Shown here: piece by piece, positions 1-8,152 of the stretch
Layout: each line of letters begins with the position of its first letter
Numbering within the stretch: position 1 is the stretch's first letter
NCBI GenBank assembly: GCA_965662175.1
Contig: CBFIGT010000056.1
Span: forward strand, 1-15,255
Source of the DNA: Arcobacter sp.
GTDB lineage: Bacteria; Campylobacterota; Campylobacteria; Campylobacterales; Arcobacteraceae
Reading direction: 5' to 3'
Length of the DNA: 15,255 bases
Program-made: the position numbers and the translations under genes
Notes under the pieces: model-generated
Seen by the model: the letters and a program-made list of their open reading frames with translations, nothing else
Database searches by the model: none
Told to the model about the DNA's origin: nothing

Positions 1-677
1 TAAGAGCAGATAGTGCAACATATCAAGCTGAAGTTTTTAACTACTGCGATAAAAATAATATTAATTTTGTTATTGGTGCCAATTTAGATAGACCAACAAT
101 GAAACTTATTAATAAAATTGATAATTGGGAGAGATTATCCGCTTATGAAGATATTTCAGAAATAATTCATACTATGCAACATACAAATAAGGCTTTTAGA
201 GTTATTGTTATTAAAAGAAATATAACACCAATGCTTCCAAATCTTGAAGAAATTTTAACAGATGAAGAGAAAGAACAATATCATAAAGAGAGATATTATG
301 TAATTGCTACAAATAATAATGAACTTTCACGACAAGAGATTGTAAAACTTTATAGACAAAGAGGTGAAACTAGCGAGAATAAAATTAAAGAGTTAAAAAA
401 TGGTTTCAATATGGACTATCTTCCCTCATCAGATTTTATATCTAATGCACTTTACTTTCAAATAGGTACTTTAGCATACAATCTATTTATATTATTCAAG
501 CAAATATTAGATGTAAACCTGCAAAAACATACTATAAAGACTATTAGATATAAACTTTATAATATTGCAGGGAAAGTGATTACACATGCCAGAAAAACAA
601 TTTTAAAAGTTAATGAAGAGTTTTTAGATTTACTGCAAAGACTCAGACAAAAGGCATATCAAGTTTCACTTGAATAA
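1..677 (+). CDS. IS1380-family transposase, C-terminal part (5' end outside window)
   Basis: The frame of ORF 99..677 is open back to the window edge (from nt 3: RADSATYQAEVFNYCDKNNINFVIGA...). It has the IS1380-type RADS motif and the YRQRGETSENKIKELK ... N ... LAYNL ... TIRYKL C-terminal signature. Confidence 0.9.
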   Translation, partial: RADSATYQAEVFNYCDKNNINFVIGANLDRPTMKLINKIDNWERLSAYEDISEIIHTMQHTNKAFRVIVIKRNITPMLPNLEEILTDEEKEQYHKERYYVIATNNNELSRQEIVKLYRQRGETSENKIKELKNGFNMDYLPSSDFISNALYFQIGTLAYNLFILFKQILDVNLQKHTIKTIRYKLYNIAGKVITHARKTILKVNEEFLDLLQRLRQKAYQVSLE

Positions 678-870
678 AAAATGCATCCAGTTTACATTAC
701 AATATATTTCAAATATACAATAATAAACTATTCTCTAAAAATACTATCTTTAGACTGTTTTTAACAAAATATAGTTCTAAAAGTTAAAATACCAAGAGAT
801 AGTACTTATTAAGAAAATAAGTTGAAAGAAAAAAGCTCTATTTTTTATAAAAAAAATATTTAAATATTTT

Positions 871-885
871 ATGTCAGGATTTGGG
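871..885 (-). repeat. Putative right terminal inverted repeat of the IS1380 element
   Basis: The reverse complement CCCAAATCCTGACAT begins with CC and resembles IS1380-family ends (ISEcp1-type CCTAGATTC...). It is locally GC-rich within the AT-rich tail. The partner repeat is not in the window. Confidence 0.55.
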
Positions 886-918
886 CTATATATTTAGATT
901 CATAATATTTTTAAAATA

Positions 919-937
919 TGTTATAATTTTAGAAAGG
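919..937 (+). promoter_or_regulatory. Extended -10 promoter and RBS of the TA operon
   Basis: TG-T-TATAAT at 919-927, AAAGG at 933-937, ATG at 945. Confidence 0.65.
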
Positions 938-944
938 TATTGCA

Positions 945-1154
945 ATGACTATGAAAATAGATATTAAAGAACAGTATATTGAACAGTTTGAATCTTTACT
1001 AAAAACTTTACCTGATGATGCAATAGAAATTAAGAAATCATTAGATGAAGAAATAAACAAAAGATCTCAAGATTGTAAAAATGGAAAAATGAAAACTGTA
1101 CCATTTGGAACTGGACTTAATAAAATCAGAGAGAAATTAACATCACAACTTTAA
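945..1154 (+). CDS. Putative antitoxin (addiction-module type), 69 aa
   Basis: Small charged ORF with its own promoter and RBS. It contains a 'LDEEINKR...KNGK' segment typical of addiction-module antidotes, and its stop overlaps the following RelE/ParE-like frame. Confidence 0.65.
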   Translation: MTMKIDIKEQYIEQFESLLKTLPDDAIEIKKSLDEEINKRSQDCKNGKMKTVPFGTGLNKIREKLTSQL

Positions 1155-1426
1155 TTTTAGAACAGTCAGAAAGATTTGAACATGAGCTTGAAACTATTAT
1201 TGATTTTATTGCTTTAGATAGTATAAAAAGGGCTTTAGATTTTTATGATGAATTGTATTATAAAATTAAAAATATTCCAAATAATCCATATGCATTTAGA
1301 AAAAAAGGGACTAATAAAAATATTCGAGAACTTATTTACAAAGGATATACTATTCCTTTTGAGATAGATGAAAAAAATTGTAAGATAATTATATTAGGAA
1401 TATTTAATCAAAATATTTGGTCATAA
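1151..1426 (+). pseudogene. RelE/ParE-family toxin frame lacking a canonical start codon (not in ORF track)
   Basis: Manual translation: LILEQSERFEHELETIIDFIALDSIKRALDFYDELYYKIKNIPNNPYAFRKKGTNKNIRELIYKGYTIPFEIDEKNCKIIILGIFNQNIWS* (91 aa), a typical ParE/RelE pattern. The first codon is TTA, there is an in-frame stop at 1121-1123, and there is no ATG/GTG/TTG until codon 35. Confidence 0.75.
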
Positions 1427-1447
1427 ATTTTGACCCTTTAAAATAAA

Positions 1448-2203
1448 CTATTGTTTCCCCAGAGAAAACTCATCTTTATTGATATTTTTTCTATAAAAAT
1501 TCCAAACTTTTAAGACTTTTTCTTTTAGTTTTGCCATATTTTCACAACTTATCACAGCTATTATGATTTTTTTGTTTTTACTATAAGAGAAGCTTTTAAA
1601 ATCTTCTGAAAATAAGCTATTTAAAAAAGCTTCATTATCCAAGGTTTTTATATAGATTTTTGCAAAAAGATTTGTTTTGGACTCTTTTCTTTTTATATAA
1701 TCTTTTAACTCATCACCTTTTATATCAAATCTCTCAATATACTCCAAAGAAGAGTTTTCATAAAATCTGTTTTTTATCTTCATATATGAAAAATCAAAGT
1801 TCTCATAACTTCTTCCATTACTTAGAATATCTGTATAAAAAAATGTTGAACTTTCATCAAATTTTAATCTAAAGGGCTGAGCAAATTTTGCCTCTTTGTA
1901 TAAAATAAGTTCATCATTTAAAAACTCAAGATTAGAGCTATTTTTTAGAGTGATATTTATATAGTTTTTTGAAGAGTATTTACTATTTGAGGGATATATT
2001 TTTGTAGCTGATTCTGTTGTCAAAATCAAATTTGAGTTATCAAGTTCAAAACTAGTTTTGATTTTATCTTTTGGAAAAATTCCCTCACCAATATTTAGTA
2101 GTTTTATATAATTTTCATCATCATTAAACAAATAATACCGTGATGGTAAATTTAACCTCTTTAAATAAAATTTATCATCTGTAAAACTAAACTTTAAACT
2201 CAT
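1448..2203 (-). CDS. ureD: Urease accessory protein UreD (UreH)
   Basis: LLNIGEGIFPKD...LILTTESATKIY and 'DILSNGR...E.F.F' motifs of the UreD family; lies downstream of the urt operon. Confidence 0.85.
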   Translation of the reverse strand: MSLKFSFTDDKFYLKRLNLPSRYYLFNDDENYIKLLNIGEGIFPKDKIKTSFELDNSNLILTTESATKIYPSNSKYSSKNYINITLKNSSNLEFLNDELILYKEAKFAQPFRLKFDESSTFFYTDILSNGRSYENFDFSYMKIKNRFYENSSLEYIERFDIKGDELKDYIKRKESKTNLFAKIYIKTLDNEAFLNSLFSEDFKSFSYSKNKKIIIAVISCENMAKLKEKVLKVWNFYRKNINKDEFSLGKQ

Positions 2204-2238
2204 AAATTCCCTAAATCTTTTTTTGATTGTTATATTTT

Positions 2239-2247
2239 ATTTTAACA
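2239..2247 (-). promoter_or_regulatory. Putative extended -10 promoter for ureD
   Basis: The minus strand reads TG-T-TAAAAT about 35 nt upstream of the ATG; AGGGA RBS just before the start. Confidence 0.45.
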
Positions 2248-2275
2248 AAAAAGAATAGCTTACTTTCTCTTTTTT

Positions 2276-2292
2276 TGTATATTTAATGTACA
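2276..2292. promoter_or_regulatory. 17-bp imperfect palindrome, candidate transcription-factor site
   Basis: TGTATA-TTTAA-TGTACA, with the same 6-5-6 geometry as the palindrome upstream of urtA (8210-8226). Confidence 0.45.
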
Positions 2293-2337
2293 TATATTTA
2301 TTCTTTAAAAATCATATTAAAATGAAAAATTGATTGA

Positions 2338-2366
2338 TTGACAAAAAAATATTTTTTGGATAGTAT
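2338..2366 (+). promoter_or_regulatory. Sigma70-type promoter pointing antisense to the urt operon
   Basis: TTGACA (2338-2343), 17-bp spacer, TAGTAT (2361-2366). No plus-strand CDS follows it. Confidence 0.6.
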
Positions 2367-2372
2367 ACGTCT

Positions 2373-2435
2373 ATAATTCGCTTTCGAGCAGCCCCGTCTA
2401 ATCACTAGACGGGATAAACAATTTACTTACTTTTT
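2373..2435 (+). ncRNA. Candidate small antisense RNA (possible RNA antitoxin); 3' end uncertain
   Basis: Begins about 7 nt after the -10 box. Contains a GCU-UUCG-AGC tetraloop hairpin (2380-2389) and a perfect 8-bp stem CCCGUCUA/UAGACGGG (2393-2413). Complementary to the 3' end of the PemK-like frame. Confidence 0.45.
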
Positions 2436-2568
2436 CACATATTAATTTATAATCATTTTTGTTTATCATTCCTATTCTTGTCATTAATCGTTTTTTATCA
2501 AATATTTTTAATTGAAGTATCATAGCTGAGTTTTGGATTTCACCTTTTAATAGAACCTTAAACTCATA
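2398..2568 (-). pseudogene. 5'-truncated PemK/MazF-like toxin remnant (C-terminal 56 codons)
   Basis: Manual translation: YEFKVLLKGEIQNSAMILQLKIFDKKRLMTRIGMINKNDYKLICEKVSKLFIPSSD*. This matches the PemK/MazF C-terminal pattern S-x3-4-Q-h-(R/K)-x-h-D-K-x-R-L-x2-(R/K)-I-G followed by an amphipathic helix. The N-terminal half is absent because urtE ends 7 nt upstream. Confidence 0.7.
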
Positions 2569-2575
2569 ATTTCTT

Positions 2576-3271
2576 CTATACCGACATATACTTCTTAACT
2601 ATCTCATCACTTAAGTGATTTATTTCTCCTGATGCTACTACACTTCCTCTATCTAGTACATAAAAATCATCTCCATGTCGTCTTGCAAATGGTAGTTTTT
2701 GTTCAACTAACATAACTGTCATCTCTTCTTCTTTTGTAAGATAATCTATAACCTCACCTATTTGTGCTACGATATTTGGCTGAATTCCCTCACTTGGTTC
2801 ATCCAAAATCAGAAACTTAGGCTCAATACACAAAGCTCTTCCAATAGCTAATTGCTGTTGTTGACCTCCACTTAAATCTCCACCTTTTCTATTTGCCATA
2901 TCTTTAAGTACTGGAAATAAATCATAAATCTTATCGGGTACTTTTTTGATTTTATTTCTATTTGCTAATACTCCAATCTCAAGATTTTCTTTAACTGTTA
3001 GTTGTGAAAATATCTCTCTTCCTTGGGGAACATATCCTATTGCAATACCTGCTCTTTTATCAGCACTAAGTTTTGAAATCTCATTTCCATCATAGATTAA
3101 TTCTCCACTTTCAATAGGAAGTAAACCCATAATTACTTTTGATAAAGTTGTTTTTCCAACTCCATTTCTTCCCATAATACAAGTACATCGGCCCTTTTTT
3201 ATCTCCAAAGTCAAATCCCAAAGGGTATGACTTTGTCCATAATATTGATTTAAATTGTTTATTTTTATCAT
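2576..3271 (-). CDS. urtE: Urea ABC transporter ATP-binding subunit UrtE
   Basis: Walker A GRNGVGKTT, YVPQGREIF, signature LSGGQQQQLAI, LDEPSEGIQP; last gene of the operon. Confidence 0.95.
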   Translation of the reverse strand: MIKINNLNQYYGQSHTLWDLTLEIKKGRCTCIMGRNGVGKTTLSKVIMGLLPIESGELIYDGNEISKLSADKRAGIAIGYVPQGREIFSQLTVKENLEIGVLANRNKIKKVPDKIYDLFPVLKDMANRKGGDLSGGQQQQLAIGRALCIEPKFLILDEPSEGIQPNIVAQIGEVIDYLTKEEEMTVMLVEQKLPFARRHGDDFYVLDRGSVVASGEINHLSDEIVKKYMSV

Positions 3272-3274
3272 ATT

Positions 3275-4063
3275 TTACTCACCTAAATATACTTTTCTAA
3301 CTTTTTCATTGTTTTGGATATTTTCCATAGTACCCTCAGCTAAAACAGAACCCTCATGTAAAACTGTAACCTTTGAAGCTATACTTCGTATAAACTCCAT
3401 ATCATGCTCAACTACAACAACCGCATGCTCTTTTGAAAGGTCTGTTAAAATCTCACCTGTTCTATCTACTTCTTGTGGAGTCATACCAGCAACTGGCTCA
3501 TCTACTAATAAAAGCTTTGGATTTTGCATAATCAACATCCCAATCTCAAGCCACTGTTTTTGACCATGGGATAAAATTCCGGCATCTCTATTATATAAAT
3601 CTTTTAAACCAATTAGTTCCATAGTTTTTTCTATTTTACTTTTTTGTTCACCGCTTATTTTTGAAAATAGTGTTTTAAAAAATCTTTTATCCTCTTTCAT
3701 AGCAAGCTCTAAGTTTTCAAAAACTGAATGGTTTTGAAAAACAGTTGGTTTTTGAAACTTTCTTCCAATCCCCAAGTTTGCAATAGCAGGCTCATCTAAA
3801 TCCAATAAGTTTACAGCTTCACCAAAAATAACTTCACCAGCATCAGGTCTTGTTTTTCCTGTTACTACATCCATCATTGTTGATTTTCCAGCCCCATTTG
3901 CTCCAATAATACATCTTAGCTCCCCATAATTAATTGAAAAACTAAGATTATTTAAGGCCTTAAATCCATCAAAACTAACAGTAACCCCATCCACTAGAAG
4001 TATTCTTTTTCCTATTTTTAATTCACCAATATTATCTTGGTTTTCATGCTTTTTTAAAATCAT
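3275..4063 (-). CDS. urtD: Urea ABC transporter ATP-binding subunit UrtD
   Basis: VSFDGFKALN, GANGAGKST, GIGRKFQKP, LSHGQKQWLEIGM, VDEPVAGMT. Confidence 0.95.
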   Translation of the reverse strand: MILKKHENQDNIGELKIGKRILLVDGVTVSFDGFKALNNLSFSINYGELRCIIGANGAGKSTMMDVVTGKTRPDAGEVIFGEAVNLLDLDEPAIANLGIGRKFQKPTVFQNHSVFENLELAMKEDKRFFKTLFSKISGEQKSKIEKTMELIGLKDLYNRDAGILSHGQKQWLEIGMLIMQNPKLLLVDEPVAGMTPQEVDRTGEILTDLSKEHAVVVVEHDMEFIRSIASKVTVLHEGSVLAEGTMENIQNNEKVRKVYLGE

Positions 4064-5187
4064 ACTAAAGCTACCTCTTTTTTCTTACTTAGTTTTTCTT
4101 TAATACTTGAAATCAATCCAACAACACCTTTTGGTAAATAAAGTGTCACTAAAACAAACAATCCACCAAGGGCATATAACCAAACTTCAGGAAGTGCTGA
4201 TGTAAAATATGATGAAGCAAAGTTTACAATTATTGCTCCAATAATTGCTCCATATAATGTTCCACGACCACCAACAGCCACCCAAATAACAAGCTCAATA
4301 GAAAATAAAGGAGTAAAAACACCTGGATTTATGATACCAACTTGAGGCACATATAAAGCCCCTGCAATTCCTGCTAATATAGCTGAAACAACAAAAATAA
4401 AAAGCTTATATTGCTCAACTTGATAACCTATAAATCTAACACGACTTTCACTATCTCGAATAGAGATAATAACCCGACCAAGTCTAGAGTTGATAATAAA
4501 TCTACATATTAAATATCCAATCAACAAAGCAAGATATGAGATAATCAAAAGTGATATTCTTGTATTATCACTTGATAAATCAAATCCTAAGATATCTTTA
4601 AAATCTGTAAGTCCATTATTTCCACCAAAACCCATATCATTTCTAAAAAATGCAAGCATAAGTGCATAAGTCATAGCTTGAGTAATAATTGATAAATAAA
4701 CTCCTGTAACCCTTGATTTAAAAGCAAACCAACCAAATATAAAAGCCAAAAGTGCAGGTATAAACATAATCATAAAAAATGTAATCAATGGATTATCAAA
4801 TCCATACCAAAACCAAGGCAACTCTTTTAAGTTCATAAATACCATAAAATCAGGTAATTCAGGATTTCCATAAACCCCTCTGTCACCTATTTGTCTCATC
4901 AAATACATACCCATAGCATATCCACCAAGGGCAAAAAACGCACCATGTCCAAGACTTAAAACTCCTAAATATCCCCAAACCAAATCAAGAGCCAAGGCTA
5001 AAAGAGCAAAAGCTAAATATTTCCCAAGAAGTGTCACAGTAAAAGTAGAGATATAAAAAATAGAGTCTTGTGGCACAAATAAATTACAAAATGCAACCAC
5101 TGCAACTACTACAAATAAAACTCCTAAAACTATCTTTCCACCCTTGTCATTTTTTAATATGTTTAAAATTATTGATTCTCGTTTCAT
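4060..5187 (-). CDS. urtC: Urea ABC transporter permease UrtC
   Basis: Hydrophobic LivM-like permease with the UrtC motifs LPDFM...LPWFW, GVYLSIITQA and GFGGNNGLTDFK. Confidence 0.95.
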   Translation of the reverse strand: MKRESIILNILKNDKGGKIVLGVLFVVVAVVAFCNLFVPQDSIFYISTFTVTLLGKYLAFALLALALDLVWGYLGVLSLGHGAFFALGGYAMGMYLMRQIGDRGVYGNPELPDFMVFMNLKELPWFWYGFDNPLITFFMIMFIPALLAFIFGWFAFKSRVTGVYLSIITQAMTYALMLAFFRNDMGFGGNNGLTDFKDILGFDLSSDNTRISLLIISYLALLIGYLICRFIINSRLGRVIISIRDSESRVRFIGYQVEQYKLFIFVVSAILAGIAGALYVPQVGIINPGVFTPLFSIELVIWVAVGGRGTLYGAIIGAIIVNFASSYFTSALPEVWLYALGGLFVLVTLYLPKGVVGLISSIKEKLSKKKEVALV

Positions 5188-5190
5188 AGT

Positions 5191-6786
5191 TTAATCCTGC
5201 GCATCTCGACCTTTTTGAGGAAATAATCCTCTAGGTCTTTTTTGTATAAATAAGATAATAAATACCAATATAATAACTTTGGCTAAAACAGCTCCTGCAA
5301 CTGGTTCTATAAATTTATTTATTTCACCCAATGTAAACGCTGCTATAAAAGTTCCCCATAAATTACCAACTCCACCAAATACAACAACCATAAAACTATC
5401 CACAATATATGCCTGTCCTAAGTTTGGTCCAACATTTGTAAGTTGAGATAAAGCAACTCCAGCAACTCCTGCGATTCCTGAACCAATACCAAAAGTAATG
5501 GCATCAATCCAAGAGGCTTTTATACCCATAGCTCGTGCTATTTCTCTATTTTGTGAAACAGCTCTTACTTTTAATCCTAATGATGTTTTTTTCAAAATAA
5601 ACAATACAAAAAGAAAAATCACAATAGCAAAGATTATGATATAAAGTCTGTTGTATGTTAAAGATAAAGCACTATTTATCTCCCAAGCTCCACTCATCCA
5701 AGATGGAGTTTTCACCTCTTGATTTAGTGGTGAATAGATAGTTCTTACTATTTGTTGTAAAATTAAACTTATCCCAAAAGTAGCTAATAGTGTCTCTAAT
5801 GGTCTTCCATAAAGATGTCGTATTACTAATCTCTCAATCAAAATACCAACAATGGCACTCACTATAAAAGCAGCTGGAATTGCAATAATTACAGAATACT
5901 CAATAAGCCCTGGCATAATTTGTTGTAAAGTATATGTAGTATAAGCTCCTATCATAATTAGCTCACCATGAGCCATATTAATTACTTTCATAACTCCAAA
6001 TGTAATAGCAAGTCCAATAGCAGCTAAAAGTAAAACAGAACCCATACTAAGCCCAAAAAATGCTGTTTCTAAAAAGCCATAAAATGATTTTTTCATCTCT
6101 ATTATGTCAAGAGAATCAGCAATAGCCTCTTTTAACTCTTTGTCTTCACTACTTTGTTCTAAACTTTTAAGTGTTTGAAAAGTAATAGGAGATAAAAATT
6201 CACCTAACTTTTTAACTGCTTCAAGCTTTTCAATACCATCTGAGTTTTTAGCGATTAAAACAGTATTTGCTTCATCTAAAATATCTCTGATTTTGCTACT
6301 TTTTTCACTTGCTAAAGCCTCTATTATTATCTCTTTATCATCTATACTTAGATTTTTGAGGAGATTTTTTGCAGATTTTAATCTTTTATCTTCATCTTTT
6401 GAAGAGAGATTAATCTTAGCTAAAGAAGATTTGATAACACTTCTTAATTTATTATTGATTTTTACTTTTTTAAAATCATATTTTGAAGCCTCTTTTAACT
6501 CTATATTTGTAAAAACATCTACAGTTATATAGTTTTTAGCTTTTTTTGATTTTAGAAAAACTATTTGTTTTGTTTTTTTCACATAATACAAATCACCTGA
6601 AAGAAGTTTTTGAAGCAAAAACTCTAACTTCTCTTCATCTTTATAGTTATTTGTTAGATTTGTGATAACTTTTTGTTTTTTTGAAAAACTGTTTGTAAGA
6701 ATCTCTTTTGCATCGCTTTGGAAGTCCTTTGCAAAAAGTGATGATAGAATTAATAAATTAAGTAATATTATTTTGAATATTTTCAT
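5191..6786 (-). CDS. urtB: Urea ABC transporter permease UrtB (long form with N-terminal periplasmic domain)
   Basis: Signal peptide, about 230-aa soluble region, then a LivH-like permease with GLAITFGVMKVINMAHGE, LYGRPLETLLAT and DSFMVVVFGGVG. Confidence 0.95.
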   Translation of the reverse strand: MKIFKIILLNLLILSSLFAKDFQSDAKEILTNSFSKKQKVITNLTNNYKDEEKLEFLLQKLLSGDLYYVKKTKQIVFLKSKKAKNYITVDVFTNIELKEASKYDFKKVKINNKLRSVIKSSLAKINLSSKDEDKRLKSAKNLLKNLSIDDKEIIIEALASEKSSKIRDILDEANTVLIAKNSDGIEKLEAVKKLGEFLSPITFQTLKSLEQSSEDKELKEAIADSLDIIEMKKSFYGFLETAFFGLSMGSVLLLAAIGLAITFGVMKVINMAHGELIMIGAYTTYTLQQIMPGLIEYSVIIAIPAAFIVSAIVGILIERLVIRHLYGRPLETLLATFGISLILQQIVRTIYSPLNQEVKTPSWMSGAWEINSALSLTYNRLYIIIFAIVIFLFVLFILKKTSLGLKVRAVSQNREIARAMGIKASWIDAITFGIGSGIAGVAGVALSQLTNVGPNLGQAYIVDSFMVVVFGGVGNLWGTFIAAFTLGEINKFIEPVAGAVLAKVIILVFIILFIQKRPRGLFPQKGRDAQD

Positions 6787-6799
6787 GTTGACCTTTCAT

Positions 6800-6832
6800 T
6801 TAAAATATGAGAGTTAAACTCTCATATTTTAA
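6800..6832 (-). terminator. Long stem-loop between urtA and urtB (partial terminator or mRNA stabiliser)
   Basis: TTAAAATATGAGAG-TTAAA-CTCTCATATTTTAA, 14-bp perfect arms starting right after the urtA stop. Confidence 0.65.
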
Positions 6833-6833
6833 T

Positions 6834-8111
6834 TTATTTAGCACCTACACACATATTTGTTTTAGTGTTATAGTTTCCACAATTAACAGGTTTAGTCCAA
6901 TCAGAGATTAAATCTTTAGATCCAGGTAAAAAGTCAGACCATGCATCTCCAGCAACTTCACCATCAGTTGACCATACAGTTTCAAATTGACCATCTTCTT
7001 GAATCTCACCGATTAATACAGGTTTTGTAATATGGTGATTTTTAAGCATTGTTGCTGTTCCACCTGTAAGGTTTGGAACAGATAATCCAATAATCGCATC
7101 ACTTACTTTAGAAACATCAGTAGTACCAGCTTTTTCAACAGCTTTTACCCATAAGTTAAATCCAATATATGTAGCTTCCATTGGGTCGTTTGTAACTCTT
7201 TTATCGTTTTTGATATATTTTTTCCAAGTTGAAATAAACTCATCATTAACTTCAGATTCAGCACTTTGGAAGTAGTTCCACGCAGCTAAATGTCCAACTA
7301 AAGGTTTAGTATCAAGACCTGATAACTCTTCTTCACCAACAGAGAAGGCAATAACAGGAATAGATGAAGATGAAATACCTTGGTTTCCTAACTCTTTATA
7401 AAAAGGAACATTTGCATCACCATTGATAGTTGATACAACAGCTGTTTTCTTACCAGCATTTCCGAATTTTTTGATATCAGATACAATTGATTGCCAATCA
7501 GAGTGTCCAAATGGAGTATAATTAATCATAATATCAGATGCAGCAACACCTTTTGCTTTTAAATATGCTTCTAAGATTTTGTTTGTTGTTCTTGGATATA
7601 CATAATCAGTTCCAGCTAAAACAAATCTTTTAACACCCATTTCATTCATTAGATAATCAACCGTAGGAATTGCTTGTTGGTTTGGCGCAGCACCTGTATA
7701 AAATACATTTTTACTTGACTCTTCACCCTCATATTGTACAGGGTAAAATAAAAGACCATTTAACTCTTCAACAACAGGAAGTACTGATTTTCTAGAAACT
7801 GATGTCCAACAACCAAATGTAACATCAACTTTATCTTTAGTTAAAAGACCTCTCATTTTTTCAGCAAATAAAGGCCAGTTTGATGCTGGGTCAACCACAA
7901 CAGGTTCAAGTTTTTTACCTAAAACCCCACCTTTTTTATTTTGCTCTTCAATTAACATTAATACTGTATCTTTTAGAGTTGTCTCACTAATCGCCATTGT
8001 TCCAGATAGTGAATGTAAAACTCCAACTTTGATTGTATCAGCAGCTTGAGCCATCATACTCATACCTACGATTGCTGATGCAGCTAAAACTTTCGTGAAT
8101 CTACTTTTCAT
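6834..8111 (-). CDS. urtA: Urea ABC transporter substrate-binding protein UrtA
   Basis: Signal peptide; IKVGVLHSLSGTMAISE, FGCWTSVSRKSVLP, YPVQYEG, GAAPNQQ, DYVYPRT; AAGGAG RBS. Confidence 0.97.
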   Translation of the reverse strand: MKSRFTKVLAASAIVGMSMMAQAADTIKVGVLHSLSGTMAISETTLKDTVLMLIEEQNKKGGVLGKKLEPVVVDPASNWPLFAEKMRGLLTKDKVDVTFGCWTSVSRKSVLPVVEELNGLLFYPVQYEGEESSKNVFYTGAAPNQQAIPTVDYLMNEMGVKRFVLAGTDYVYPRTTNKILEAYLKAKGVAASDIMINYTPFGHSDWQSIVSDIKKFGNAGKKTAVVSTINGDANVPFYKELGNQGISSSSIPVIAFSVGEEELSGLDTKPLVGHLAAWNYFQSAESEVNDEFISTWKKYIKNDKRVTNDPMEATYIGFNLWVKAVEKAGTTDVSKVSDAIIGLSVPNLTGGTATMLKNHHITKPVLIGEIQEDGQFETVWSTDGEVAGDAWSDFLPGSKDLISDWTKPVNCGNYNTKTNMCVGAK

Positions 8112-8152
8112 TTATTCTCCTTTAAATTTTAGTCTTTTTGACTACTGATGGA

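Larger units (their letters stand above)
1..885 (+). mobile_element. IS1380-family insertion sequence, right-hand portion
   Basis: Transposase 3' half, then about 190 bp of AT-rich tail ending in ATGTCAGGATTTGGG. The left end is outside the window, so the boundary is inferred. Confidence 0.7.
2194..2573. repeat. Direct repeat pair, 16 bp with 1 mismatch (2194-2209 and 2558-2573)
   Basis: TTAAACTCATAAATTC versus TTAAACTCATAATTTC. The first copy includes the ureD ATG; the second lies just after the urtE stop. Confidence 0.6.

Noticed and set aside
99..101. ATG at 99 as the transposase start
   Set aside because: The frame is open to the window edge and contains the RADS motif upstream, so this is an internal Met.
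1660..1872. 70-aa plus-strand ORF
   Set aside because: Lies antisense within ureD; no recognisable motif.
2393..2413. GC-rich hairpin as a simple intrinsic terminator of urtABCDE
   Set aside because: No adjacent U-tract on either strand and about 160 nt from the urtE stop; better explained as part of the toxin/antisense module, though some termination cannot be excluded.
3255..3563. 102-aa plus-strand ORF
   Set aside because: Antisense shadow of urtD/urtE.
6293..6532. 79-aa hydrophobic plus-strand ORF
   Set aside because: Antisense shadow of Lys/Glu-rich urtB codons, which produces a Phe/Leu/Ser-rich artefact.
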